64,000 bases of DNA from positions 8,052 through 72,051 of the forward strand of contig JACRER010000017.1 of assembly GCA_016234365.1 (NCBI GenBank). Reading direction: 5' to 3'. The notes under the pieces are model-generated. The model was not told where the DNA came from, searched no databases, and worked only from the letters and a program-made list of their open reading frames with translations. Positions 6,753-15,624 of the stretch are shown here, one piece after another. The stretch is from Elusimicrobiota bacterium. GTDB taxonomy: Bacteria; Elusimicrobiota; Elusimicrobia; Elusimicrobiales; UBA9959. Numbering within the stretch: position 1 is the stretch's first letter; every line of letters starts with the position of its first letter. Position numbers and translations under genes: made by a program.

Positions 6753-9700
6753 ATGACGAAGGCATCCAAAGAAAAATCCCCTTTCAGGTCGGCCGCGCTC
6801 CTGGCGTGGCTGCTGCTGCTCTGCCAGGCACCGGCCTGGGCCGTTATAAAGCAGACCATCAATTACCAGGGATTTTTGCTGAGCAAGGTCTCCAACCTCC
6901 CCGTGGAGGTCCCGCAGGACATAACCTTCATAATCTATTCCGCGGCCTCCGGCGGCAGCGTCCAGTTCTCGGAGGCCCGCTGCAACGTGCCGGTCACCAA
7001 GGGGCGCTACGACGTGGAAATAGGTTCCATGACGGCCGGCGGCATCCCCGGGGACGTGTTCATGAACAGCCAGAACCTCTGGCTGGAGATCCAGATAGAC
7101 CCGGACAACGATTGTACCGGCACCTATGAGGCCCTTACCCCGCGTATCCGCCTGCAGGCTTCCCCGTACGCATTCAGCTCGCTCTACGCTTCCACCGCGT
7201 CCGCGGCCACTCCGGTCTTCAACGCCGACACCATAGGCGCACTGCCTACCACGGGGAACGGCGCCATCACTATTTCCACCAACCTGTTCGTGCAGGGCGG
7301 CATCTCGGTGGGTAGCATCTCGCCCGGGCAGAAGCTGTCCGTGGCCGGCATGGTGGAAAGCAAAGGCGTTTTCCCGGCCTGTACCCTGGACGGCACCTGC
7401 GGCTTTAAATTCCCCGACGGCTCCATCCAGACCGAGGCCGCCGCCAACACGATGTGGAAGCCCAGCGGCCCCCACATCTATTCCATAAATCCAGGCAACG
7501 TCGGCATAGGCGAGAACCTTACCAACCCGCTGGCGCGCCTGCATATCTCGACGGCGGCCGGCGACACCGGCGACGTGCTGCTGGTAACTACCGGCACCGC
7601 CAGGCTTTTCAGCGTAAATGGCATCGGCCAGGTGCATGGCGGGGTTTTTTACGGGGACGGCTCCGCCCTGGCCGGAGTGGTGGTTTCCAGCGGCGGTTCT
7701 ATGACCGGCCCGCTGTCCCTGATGAACGGCTCTTCGCTTACCGTCACCTCCCCGCTCGGCGTAAGCGCTTATAAGGTTAAATTCCGCGACAATGTGGAGA
7801 TGAGTTCCGCCTCGGCGGCTAACAACGGCGGTATCTACATCAGCACCCATGTGCGCTTGATGCCGGGGGCCGTGCTTTACGGCGACGGCGCGGGCCTTTC
7901 CAACGTGGTGACGCTGGACGGTACCAAGGTGTCTACCAGCGGCGCCACCATGTCCGGGCCCCTGACGCTCGGTTTCAACGTCGCCACGCTGGCGGGCAGT
8001 TCGCTTACCGTCACCGGCGAAACCTGGCTTAAAGGCAACACCGTCCTCGGGACAGGCAACCTGGCCAGGCTGAGCGTGGGGACCAGCATAATAGCGGCCT
8101 CCAGCGTGACCGCCTCCCTGATAAGCGGCACCCAGGGTAATTTCACGTCAAACGTCACCGCGTCCACAGGCACCTTCTGGGGCTACGCCGGGCCCGACGC
8201 GGCTAATAGCTACAGCGTCAACACCGCCAGCGGCATCTTTGTCGCGCTCGGCAAGGTGAAGGCGCCGTACTTCGAAGGCAACGGCGCCGGGCTGAGCAAC
8301 GTTTCCGGCACGGACGCCACCAGGGTACTGAAAGCCGGCGACACCATGACCGGCAACCTTACCATTACCCCGTCCAGCGTCACCATAGTCGGCATGGGCG
8401 CGGAGGCTTACGCGCTGACCGTCTCCTCGGCGCTGAGCGTGAACAAGTACGGGTTGTCCGTAAGCACCATGGGCCGGGTGGGCATACAGGTAAGCGCCCT
8501 TGTGGCCCCGCTGACGGTCTACAAGCAGATGGTCCTTACCAACGACAATGAATCCGTCTCTACCAGCCTGCGCCTGCAGTCCGGAGGTCTTTCCGGTTAC
8601 GTTTCCTGGGACGACACCGCCCTTGGAGCGAGCCTCGGGGCCATGGGCTACCGGGCCGGCACGCGGGATTTCGTCTTTAACGCGGCCGGGGCCGATACGG
8701 CCAGCGGCACGGAGGTGTTGCGTATCAGCAACTCCTTATTCGACGCTACCGGCGCCACCTGGAAGTTCGGTATAGGTATAACACCTACGGAGAAGTTCCA
8801 TGTGGGGTCCAATATGCTGGTGAGCACTGCGGCTGTCAGCCCTATACTGTATATAAGCACCACTACGGGGCTTATAGGGGTGGGGTCCGCCGCTCCCGAC
8901 CATAAACTCCACGTTGCCGGCGGGATAATGGCGACTTCCTCCATAACCGCGCAGGGCGGCTTCTTTGGAGACGGTTCCAACATTACCAATATTTCCGCCG
9001 GCGGCCTGCCCGGGCAGATAGTGATCTCTTCCATAACCGCCAGGCTGGACAGCACTTACGCGGGCGTAGTGATAACTTCCGATACCTATGTGATCGGTAA
9101 ACTGGCGGTTGGAGAGATCTTCAACGCCGCCACCCCCACCCACCTGCGCGGCGAAGTGACGCTGGACCAGAAGGACGCCGAGGGTTTCACTAACCTGAAC
9201 TTTACGCTGCACAATGGCGGCCCTGCCTACATAAAGTGGGGCGAGGGCGCCATGGCCAACAAGGTTTCCCTGGGGTCTCCCGCCAACCTGCGCGACCTGG
9301 TAATGAACATCAATACCACTAACGACGAGGTATTCCGTATAAAGGGCAACTCTTCCGGAGGCGGCGGCGCCGGCTGGAAATTCGGCATAGGTACGGCCTC
9401 TCCCCTGCTGTCGTTCCATGTCGCATCGGATGTTTTTATCGGCACCGCGGCCAACCGGCCGGTGCTTACCGTTTCCACCTCTACCGCCTACCTGGGCATC
9501 AGCACCGGCAGCGCCAAGGAAGGTCTGCACGTGGCCTCCAGCCTGCTGGTGGGCGGCACGCGCGCCTCCTCGGCGCTTTACGTCAGTACCACCAGCGGTT
9601 ACACCGGCGTAGGCACCGGCAATCCCCGCGCGCTGCTTGAGGTAGGCGACGGCAATATACTGGCCGCCGGCACCTACAGCGGCGCGGCGTCGCTGCCCAT

Positions 9701-10442
9701 GGCCGGCGCCGGGACCCGGTTCATGTGGATGCCGACAGCCGGCGCGATCCGGGCCGGCAGCGTTATCGCCGCGGAATGGGACGTGATAGGCAACTATTCC
9801 ACGGCGTTCGGTTACCGCAACAGCGCTACTAACGACGCGGGCGTGGTGAGCGGCGGCTATAATAACGCCAATGACGGGCGCTACGCGGTTATCGCCGGCG
9901 GCATAAATAACGTCAACCAGGGCTTCCGTTCCTCTATAGGCGGCGGTGACAATAATTACGTCTATGGCGGTAACTCTGTGGTCCCGAACGGTGGCTGGAA
10001 CACCGTTTTCAGCTCTTATTCCTTTGTTGGCGGGTTTAATACTTACCTGACCAGCGACGCGAAAGGCACTTTTGCGTGGGGCTACGACGATGTGAACCCC
10101 TCAGGTACGTTCAACACCTTCCAGGTGACGGAGCCGCACGTGTTCCTTGTGGACCCGGCTAATATCAAGCAGTACAAGGTCGGTGTCCGTACCGCTTCCC
10201 CTAAAGCGGCGCTGGACATCAACGGCGACGCCCAGTTCGGGGCTGGAGTTACCAAGTCCACGGCCACGGCGGAAGGTTACTTCGTGCCGCGCGCCATGAC
10301 CATAGCCGAACTGCAGGCCGCCACGCCCTCGCACCTGGGAGCCGTGGTCTACAACTCCGACATCGCCAATATCTGCTTCTCTACCGGCACCGCGAAGCCG
10401 GGGCAGTGGGCGATAGCGGGGACCAAGGCCAACTGCTATTGA
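6753..10442 (+). CDS. 1229-aa secreted tail-fibre-like / adhesin-like repeat protein with a YadA-head-like beta-roll segment.
   Basis: GGAGG Shine-Dalgarno sequence upstream. Signal peptide ...LLLCQAPAWA. N-terminal INYQGFLL...LWLEIQI...LTPRIRLQASPYAF module. Seven copies of a G[IV]G-x4-6-[LF]H[VI] motif (GNVGIGENLTNPLARLHIS, WKFGIGITPTEKFHVGS, GLIGVGSAAPDHKLHVAG, WKFGIGTASPLLSFHVAS and others). Four [YF]xG[DN]G(S/A)xL(S/T)N[VI] motifs. Gly/Asn-rich repeats NYSTAFGYRNSATNDAGVVSGGYNNANDGRYAVIAGGINNVN. Confidence 0.85.
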   Translation: MTKASKEKSPFRSAALLAWLLLLCQAPAWAVIKQTINYQGFLLSKVSNLPVEVPQDITFIIYSAASGGSVQFSEARCNVPVTKGRYDVEIGSMTAGGIPGDVFMNSQNLWLEIQIDPDNDCTGTYEALTPRIRLQASPYAFSSLYASTASAATPVFNADTIGALPTTGNGAITISTNLFVQGGISVGSISPGQKLSVAGMVESKGVFPACTLDGTCGFKFPDGSIQTEAAANTMWKPSGPHIYSINPGNVGIGENLTNPLARLHISTAAGDTGDVLLVTTGTARLFSVNGIGQVHGGVFYGDGSALAGVVVSSGGSMTGPLSLMNGSSLTVTSPLGVSAYKVKFRDNVEMSSASAANNGGIYISTHVRLMPGAVLYGDGAGLSNVVTLDGTKVSTSGATMSGPLTLGFNVATLAGSSLTVTGETWLKGNTVLGTGNLARLSVGTSIIAASSVTASLISGTQGNFTSNVTASTGTFWGYAGPDAANSYSVNTASGIFVALGKVKAPYFEGNGAGLSNVSGTDATRVLKAGDTMTGNLTITPSSVTIVGMGAEAYALTVSSALSVNKYGLSVSTMGRVGIQVSALVAPLTVYKQMVLTNDNESVSTSLRLQSGGLSGYVSWDDTALGASLGAMGYRAGTRDFVFNAAGADTASGTEVLRISNSLFDATGATWKFGIGITPTEKFHVGSNMLVSTAAVSPILYISTTTGLIGVGSAAPDHKLHVAGGIMATSSITAQGGFFGDGSNITNISAGGLPGQIVISSITARLDSTYAGVVITSDTYVIGKLAVGEIFNAATPTHLRGEVTLDQKDAEGFTNLNFTLHNGGPAYIKWGEGAMANKVSLGSPANLRDLVMNINTTNDEVFRIKGNSSGGGGAGWKFGIGTASPLLSFHVASDVFIGTAANRPVLTVSTSTAYLGISTGSAKEGLHVASSLLVGGTRASSALYVSTTSGYTGVGTGNPRALLEVGDGNILAAGTYSGAASLPMAGAGTRFMWMPTAGAIRAGSVIAAEWDVIGNYSTAFGYRNSATNDAGVVSGGYNNANDGRYAVIAGGINNVNQGFRSSIGGGDNNYVYGGNSVVPNGGWNTVFSSYSFVGGFNTYLTSDAKGTFAWGYDDVNPSGTFNTFQVTEPHVFLVDPANIKQYKVGVRTASPKAALDINGDAQFGAGVTKSTATAEGYFVPRAMTIAELQAATPSHLGAVVYNSDIANICFSTGTAKPGQWAIAGTKANCY

Positions 10443-10461
10443 TGTAGTATAATATCCCTGT

Positions 10462-10573
10462 AGTTCTTCAGGGCGGGGCGTAATTCCCCACCGGCGGTAA
10501 AGCCCGCAAGCTCTCACGAGCAGATCCGGTGAAACTCCGGGGCCGACGGTAAAGTCCGGATGAAAGAAGAACT
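10462..10573 (+). promoter_or_regulatory. FMN riboswitch (RFN element) aptamer.
   Basis: AGTTCTTCAGGGCGGGGCGTAATTCCCCACCGGCGGTAAAGCCCGCAAGC...GATCCGGTGAAACTCCGGGGCCGACGGTAAAGTCCGGATGAAAGAAGAACT matches the conserved RFN core. P1 is AGTTCTTC/GAAGAACT. It lies directly upstream of ribBA. Confidence 0.93.
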
Positions 10574-10612
10574 TGCATAACGGCAAAGGCGCACGCCTTA
10601 AGCCTTTATATC

Positions 10613-10643
10613 AAAGCCCTGAAGGAAACTTCGGGGCTTTTTT
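10613..10643 (+). terminator. Riboswitch expression-platform terminator hairpin.
   Basis: AAAGCCC (10613-10619) pairs with GGGGCTTT (10633-10640), followed by a T-run that ends immediately before the ribBA ATG at 10644. Confidence 0.6.
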
Positions 10644-11849
10644 ATGGCTAAAAAAATATTCTCGCCGGTTGAAGAGATAATCGCGGACATAAAGCGCGGG
10701 CGCATGGTAGTGATAACCGACGACGCCGGCCGCGAGAACGAGGGCGACCTGCTGATGGCGGGGCGCGCCGTCACCGCGGAAAAGATCAACTTCATGGCCC
10801 GCCACGGCCGCGGCCTCATCTGCGCCCCGCTTACGGCGGAGCGCGCCGCCGCGCTGGACCTGGGCCAGATGGAACGCGAGAACAAAGACCCGTTCCGTAC
10901 CAACTGGCTTATCTCCGTGGACGCGGCCAAAGGCGTGTCCACCGGGATCTCCGCCTTGGACAGGGCGAAGACCATAAAGGTTCTTTCCTCCCCCGGCTCC
11001 CTTCCGCATAACCTGACCCGGCCCGGGCACATCTTCCCGCTGAAAGCCCGCCCCGGCGGCGTGCTGGCGCGCGCGGGGCACACCGAGGCCTGCACGGACC
11101 TGGTGCGCCTGGCGGGCGCGGGGGCCGCCGGCGTGATCTGCGAGATCATGAACCCTGACGGCACTATGGCCCGCCTCCCCCAGCTTGCGCGCTTCGCGGC
11201 CAAGTATAAACTTAAGATGGGAACCATCGCGGACCTTATAGCCTACCGCCGCCGCAAGGAGTCCCTGGTGGAGCGCGCGTCCTCCTCCGTGCTGCCTACG
11301 GAATTCGGACTTTTCAACATCGCAATTTATAAGGAAAGGCTGACCGGCCTTGAGCACGCGGCGCTGACGCTGGGCAAAGTAGGCGATCCGGCGTTGGTGC
11401 GCGTTCATTCGGAGTGCCTTACCGGCGACGTCTTCGGCTCCTGCCGGTGCGACTGCGGCCCGCAGCTGCATGCCGCGATGCGGCTGATAGCCAAAGAAGG
11501 AGCCGGCGCCATCCTCTACATGCGCCAGGAGGGCCGCGGCATCGGCCTGGCCAATAAGATCAAAGCCTACAGTTTGCAGGACAAGGGCTACGATACTGTT
11601 ACCGCCAACGAGGCGCTGGGCTTTCCGGCGGACCTGCGGGACTACGGCATAGGCGCGCAGATCCTCTGCGACCTGGGCCTGCGCCGTCTGCGCCTGATCA
11701 CCAACAACCCCAAAAAACTGGCCGGCCTGAGCGGTTACGGCCTGGAGATCGCCGGCCGCGTACCGCTGCTGATAAAGCCTAACACCCACAACGAGCGTTA
11801 TTTGCGGACCAAGAAAAGAAAATTAGGGCATTTGCTCAAGAGCGTATAG
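10644..11849 (+). CDS. ribBA: Bifunctional 3,4-dihydroxy-2-butanone-4-phosphate synthase / GTP cyclohydrolase II.
   Basis: 401 aa. DHBP synthase motifs ([18 protein letters not shown]) followed by GCH-II motifs ([32 protein letters not shown]). Confidence 0.96.
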   Translation: MAKKIFSPVEEIIADIKRGRMVVITDDAGRENEGDLLMAGRAVTAEKINFMARHGRGLICAPLTAERAAALDLGQMERENKDPFRTNWLISVDAAKGVSTGISALDRAKTIKVLSSPGSLPHNLTRPGHIFPLKARPGGVLARAGHTEACTDLVRLAGAGAAGVICEIMNPDGTMARLPQLARFAAKYKLKMGTIADLIAYRRRKESLVERASSSVLPTEFGLFNIAIYKERLTGLEHAALTLGKVGDPALVRVHSECLTGDVFGSCRCDCGPQLHAAMRLIAKEGAGAILYMRQEGRGIGLANKIKAYSLQDKGYDTVTANEALGFPADLRDYGIGAQILCDLGLRRLRLITNNPKKLAGLSGYGLEIAGRVPLLIKPNTHNERYLRTKKRKLGHLLKSV

Positions 11850-11857
11850 GAGGAAGC

Positions 11858-12316
11858 ATGAAAACCATAGAAGGCGGCCTGAAAGCCGATAAGCTGAAGT
11901 TCGCGATAGTAGTTTCCCGGTTCAATGATTTTATCACCGGGCGCCTGCTCGACGGAGCCGTGGACGCGCTGAAGCGCCACGGGGCCGACGAGAAGGACCT
12001 GACCGTGGTGAAGACCCCCGGGGCCTACGAGATCCCGGTGGTGTGCGAGAAGCTGGCCGCGGGCAAGTACGACGCCATCATCTGCCTGGGCGCGGTAATA
12101 AAGGGTGAAACGCCCCATTTCGACTTCGTAGCGCAGGAAACTGCCAAGGGCATAGCCTCGGTCTCGATGAAACATAAGGTGCCGGTGGCCTTTGGCGTGA
12201 TCACGGCCGAGAATTTGGAGCAGGCCATAGAGCGCGCCGGCGTAAAGCACGGCAACAAGGGCGCGGAAGCCGCCGTATCCGCCATAGAGATGGCGAACCT
12301 GTTCAAGAACCTGTAA
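11858..12316 (+). CDS. ribH: 6,7-dimethyl-8-ribityllumazine synthase.
   Basis: 152 aa. [13 protein letters not shown]...[11 protein letters not shown]...[15 protein letters not shown], a typical RibH sequence. Confidence 0.95.
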   Translation: MKTIEGGLKADKLKFAIVVSRFNDFITGRLLDGAVDALKRHGADEKDLTVVKTPGAYEIPVVCEKLAAGKYDAIICLGAVIKGETPHFDFVAQETAKGIASVSMKHKVPVAFGVITAENLEQAIERAGVKHGNKGAEAAVSAIEMANLFKNL

Positions 12317-13404
12317 TGGACAGGCACGCGGGGTTCATGGCGCGCGCCATAGAAGCGGCGCGGCGCGGGCGCTTCGGGGCGCATCCTAACCCTATGGTCG
12401 GGGCCGTAATTGTAAAGAATGGCCGGGTCATAGGAGAGGGCGCGCATCTGCGCTGGGGCGGCCCGCATGCCGAGATAAACGCCCTGCGTTCCTGCCGCGC
12501 CAGTCCAGCCGGGGCGGACCTCTATGTAACCCTGGAGCCCTGTTCCACCTGGGGCAAGACCCCGCCCTGCACCGAAGCTGTTATAGGGGCTCACATAAGG
12601 AATATATATATAGGGGCCCTGGACCCGAACCCGGCCAATGCCAGCAAAGCATTGCCTATACTGCGCAAAGCCGGGATAACGGTAAAGACCGGAGTGCTGA
12701 AGAAAGAGTGCGAAGCGCTGAACCCTGCCTTCAATAAGTTCATACGCACCGGCAACCCTTATGTGACGGTAAAAATAGCGCAGAGCCTGGACGGGCGCAT
12801 AGCGGACGCCGCCGGCCGCTCGCGCTGGATCTCCTCCCCCCAATCCCGCAAGGAAACCCATAAGTTGAGGGCAGAGGCGGACGCGGTGCTTGCCGGCATA
12901 GGCACCGTGCTGGCCGACGACCCGCTCTTGAACGTGCGCGGTGTTAAAGTGTCGCGCCAGCCCTGGGTGGTGGCGCTGGATTCTTCCTTCCGGGTTCCAA
13001 GGCGCGCGCAGATATTTAAGAACGAACGCGTGGTGATAGCCACTACGCGCAAGGCTTCCGTTACGGCCATGAAGCGCTTTCCTCACGGCGCAAAAATACT
13101 GGTCCTCCCGTCGGAGAAAGGCCGGGTCTCGCTGAAAGCGCTCCTCAAGGCGCTGGGCAAGCTCGGCATAGGGCATGTGCTGGTGGAAGGCGGCGGGCGG
13201 GTGGCCGGCTCGTTCATCAGCGAGGGCCTGGCGGACAGGTTCGTCTGTTTTGTGGCGCCCATGCTGATAGGCGGCACGAAGTCTAAAAATTCGCTGGTCT
13301 GGCCGGACGCGGTTAATGCCGCCCGCAAAGATTTGGGCCTGAGGCCGCGGCTGGCCGACGTTACTAAAGTCGGGCCCGACCTGATGCTGGATATGAGGTT
13401 CTGA
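12316..13404 (+). CDS. ribD: Bifunctional diaminohydroxyphosphoribosylaminopyrimidine deaminase / 5-amino-6-(5-phosphoribosylamino)uracil reductase.
   Basis: CMP/dCMP deaminase Zn motif HAEINAL...PCSTWGKTPPC, then the reductase domain (VTVKIAQSLDGRIA). TAATG overlap with ribH. Confidence 0.94.
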   Translation: MDRHAGFMARAIEAARRGRFGAHPNPMVGAVIVKNGRVIGEGAHLRWGGPHAEINALRSCRASPAGADLYVTLEPCSTWGKTPPCTEAVIGAHIRNIYIGALDPNPANASKALPILRKAGITVKTGVLKKECEALNPAFNKFIRTGNPYVTVKIAQSLDGRIADAAGRSRWISSPQSRKETHKLRAEADAVLAGIGTVLADDPLLNVRGVKVSRQPWVVALDSSFRVPRRAQIFKNERVVIATTRKASVTAMKRFPHGAKILVLPSEKGRVSLKALLKALGKLGIGHVLVEGGGRVAGSFISEGLADRFVCFVAPMLIGGTKSKNSLVWPDAVNAARKDLGLRPRLADVTKVGPDLMLDMRF

Positions 13405-14006
13405 TGTTTACCGGGATAATCGAAACGGTTGAAAAGGTGCGCTCGGTGTCCGGCAAGGCGCTGGAGGTCTTTGTCCCCGGGGATTGGGCTTTGTCCGACG
13501 GGGAAAGCGTGGCCGTGAACGGGGCCTGCCTGACGGTGACGGCGCATAAGCCGGGCCTCGCGGTCTTTGCCGTGAGCCCCGAGACTTTTTCCCGGACCAC
13601 GCTGGGCCGGCTGAAGGCCGGCGCGGCGGTCAATCTGGAGCGGGCGCTTGCCGTGGGCGCGCGCCTGGGCGGCCACTTTGTGACCGGCCATATAGACGGC
13701 ACTGCCCGCTTGATCTCTGTCAGGGACGACGGGAACAGCAAAATACTAGAGGTGGCTAATTCGGCCGGCGCGGTTATGGTGGAGAAAGGTTCCGTCGCTC
13801 TAGACGGGATAAGCCTAACCGTTTATGACGTCGGGCCCTCTTCCTTCAAGGCCGCCGTGATCCCCCACACCTGGGCCAATACCGCGCTTAAGCATCTTAA
13901 GCCCGGCGGCCTCCTTAACATCGAATACGACATACTCGGCAAATACGCCGCGGCCAAAACCCCGGGCCTCACCCGGGACTTCCTCAAAGACAATGGTTTT
14001 CTGTAA
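13404..14006 (+). CDS. ribE: Riboflavin synthase alpha chain.
   Basis: MFTGIIE start. Duplicated lumazine-binding repeats (GESVAVNGACLTV / GSVALDGISLTV). TGATG overlap with ribD. Confidence 0.95.
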   Translation: MFTGIIETVEKVRSVSGKALEVFVPGDWALSDGESVAVNGACLTVTAHKPGLAVFAVSPETFSRTTLGRLKAGAAVNLERALAVGARLGGHFVTGHIDGTARLISVRDDGNSKILEVANSAGAVMVEKGSVALDGISLTVYDVGPSSFKAAVIPHTWANTALKHLKPGGLLNIEYDILGKYAAAKTPGLTRDFLKDNGFL

Positions 14007-14203
14007 GTAGCCCTGGCGATGCCCCTCCGACGCCGTTAGGGCGCAGGGCCAAGTGCCGGAGCGGACGGCCTATCATTATGGCCGCGGCGGCGCTGTCTGA
14101 GCCGAGCACTGTGTGCGAGGCGAGTTCGACGCCGGCGGAGGCACTTAGGCCCTCTTCCCCATGCGCCCGCTTAGGCGGCGGAGGGACATTGGCAGGGCTA
14201 CTT
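14005..14203. other. Imperfect long hairpin / multi-stem structured element of about 200 nt that fills the convergent ribE-nuoN spacer.
   Basis: 11-bp perfect closing stem 14005-14015 (AAGTAGCCCTG) with 14193-14203 (CAGGGCTACTT). Further paired blocks: 14023-29/14179-85, 14031-34/14174-77, 14039-45/14162-68 and 14046-57/14140-52. Inner hairpins at 14066-14084 and 14102-14120. Confidence 0.6.
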
Positions 14204-14214
14204 TATCGGGTGTA

Positions 14215-15624
14215 TCAGAAGAACCTTGCGGCTTGGGCGGCCAGGGCCAGGAGCGGCCGGGAGAAGACGCCGGCGAGCAGCACGCCCGCGGCCATGAGGA
14301 AGATGACGCCTTCGGCGAGGCCGGGCGCTTCATAGACGTGTTCGCCGGCGGCGGGCTTCATGTACATAGCCACGGTAACCTTCAGATAGTAGTACATGCT
14401 CACCGCGCTCATCAGCACGCCTATTACTACCAGCCCGGTATTGCCGGAGTTCACCGCCCCGGCGAAAGCGTAAAATTTGGCGAAGAACCCCGCCAGCGGC
14501 GGCACGCCCGCCAGCGAGAACATGAAAGCCGCCATCGCGCCGGCGAGCCATGGTCGCGCTTTCGCCAGCCCCGCCAGGTCCTCTATCTGCGGCCCCTTCT
14601 CCCCCTTCTCAAGCACCGCCGCCACGGAGAACGCTCCAATGGTGGCCATAGCGTAGACGGGCAGGTAATAGAGCACCGCCTGCGCCCCTTGCTGCCCTCC
14701 GAAGAAGGCTATGGCCATGTAGCCGGCGTGCGCTACGCTGGAATAGGCCAGCAGGCGCTTAAGCCCGCTCTGCCCCAGCGCCATCAGGTTGGCGGTTATG
14801 GCGGTAATAGCGGCCAGCCACCAGAAGATGCGGTGCACGGGCCCGCCGTCGAAAATATCGAACAGGCGCCACAGCACTATCACGCCGCCGGCCTTTACCG
14901 CCGCGCCCATGAAGGCCGCCACCGGCGTGGGGGCGCCCTCGTAGGCGTCCGGCACCCACATATGGAACGGCACCAGCGCCGTCTTGAAAGCGAAGCCGGA
15001 GATGACCAGCAGGAAGCCGGCCAGCGCCAGGGGCGTGGCCGTTCCGCCCTTAAGGGCCGCGAACGTCAGGGCCGGGTACAGGGCGTTGAGTATGGCGACG
15101 CCCATTATGGTCATGCCGGAGCCGAAAGCGCCCAGCATGAAATACTTGTAGGCGGCTTCCAGCCCGGGCTTGGACCGTTTAACCCCGGCCAGCGCGTAGA
15201 CAGGCAGGCTCAGCAGTTCCAGCGCGATGAAGGCCGTGAACAGGTCTCCCGCCGCTACCAGCGTCATCAGGCCGATGGAAGCCATGAAGAGCAGGAAATA
15301 ATATTCGCCCGTGCTCTCTTCGGGCGCGGCCGGCCTGGCTATGGAGATCAGCGCGGTCAGGCCCAGCACGGCCAGGACGAACGCCCACAGGTAGACGGAC
15401 AGCGGGCTAAGCAGCAGCGCGCCGTTGAAAAGCGAGAGCTGTACTTCGGGCGCGCGCCGCAGGAAGGTGAGCGCCACCAGCACCGCGCCCACCGCTATCA
15501 GGCCGGGCGTGCCGCGCAGGGAGCGCAAGAATAGAGGCAGCAGCAGGCAGGCCGCGGCGGCCAGCAGCAGCAGCAGCGGGCCCGCCAGGGCGCCGGCGGC
15601 AAAGCTTATCGGGTCCGGCGTCAT
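14215..15624 (-). CDS. nuoN: NADH-quinone oxidoreductase subunit N.
   Basis: 469-aa polytopic antiporter-like subunit. Last gene in the nuoA-N order. 4-nt overlap with nuoM. Confidence 0.93.
   Translation of the reverse strand: MTPDPISFAAGALAGPLLLLLAAAACLLLPLFLRSLRGTPGLIAVGAVLVALTFLRRAPEVQLSLFNGALLLSPLSVYLWAFVLAVLGLTALISIARPAAPEESTGEYYFLLFMASIGLMTLVAAGDLFTAFIALELLSLPVYALAGVKRSKPGLEAAYKYFMLGAFGSGMTIMGVAILNALYPALTFAALKGGTATPLALAGFLLVISGFAFKTALVPFHMWVPDAYEGAPTPVAAFMGAAVKAGGVIVLWRLFDIFDGGPVHRIFWWLAAITAITANLMALGQSGLKRLLAYSSVAHAGYMAIAFFGGQQGAQAVLYYLPVYAMATIGAFSVAAVLEKGEKGPQIEDLAGLAKARPWLAGAMAAFMFSLAGVPPLAGFFAKFYAFAGAVNSGNTGLVVIGVLMSAVSMYYYLKVTVAMYMKPAAGEHVYEAPGLAEGVIFLMAAGVLLAGVFSRPLLALAAQAARFF

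Noticed and set aside
5148-7850. 900-aa minus-strand ORF, the longest in the track, antisense to the FN3-CTD and fibre genes.
   Set aside because: It has an Arg/Gly/Ala/Val-rich, low-complexity composition. It runs straight through the stop/start junction of two well-supported plus-strand genes. This is a typical shadow ORF of GC-rich DNA, where the antisense of GC3-rich codons lacks stop codons.
6753-10442. The idea that the repeat-rich fibre gene is a diversity-generating retroelement target, or that the locus is a T6SS/phage-tail cluster.
   Set aside because: The window contains no reverse transcriptase. I could see no template/variable repeat pair at DNA level. There are no sheath, tube, baseplate or VgrG-like genes. 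The repeats are diverged protein-level modules.
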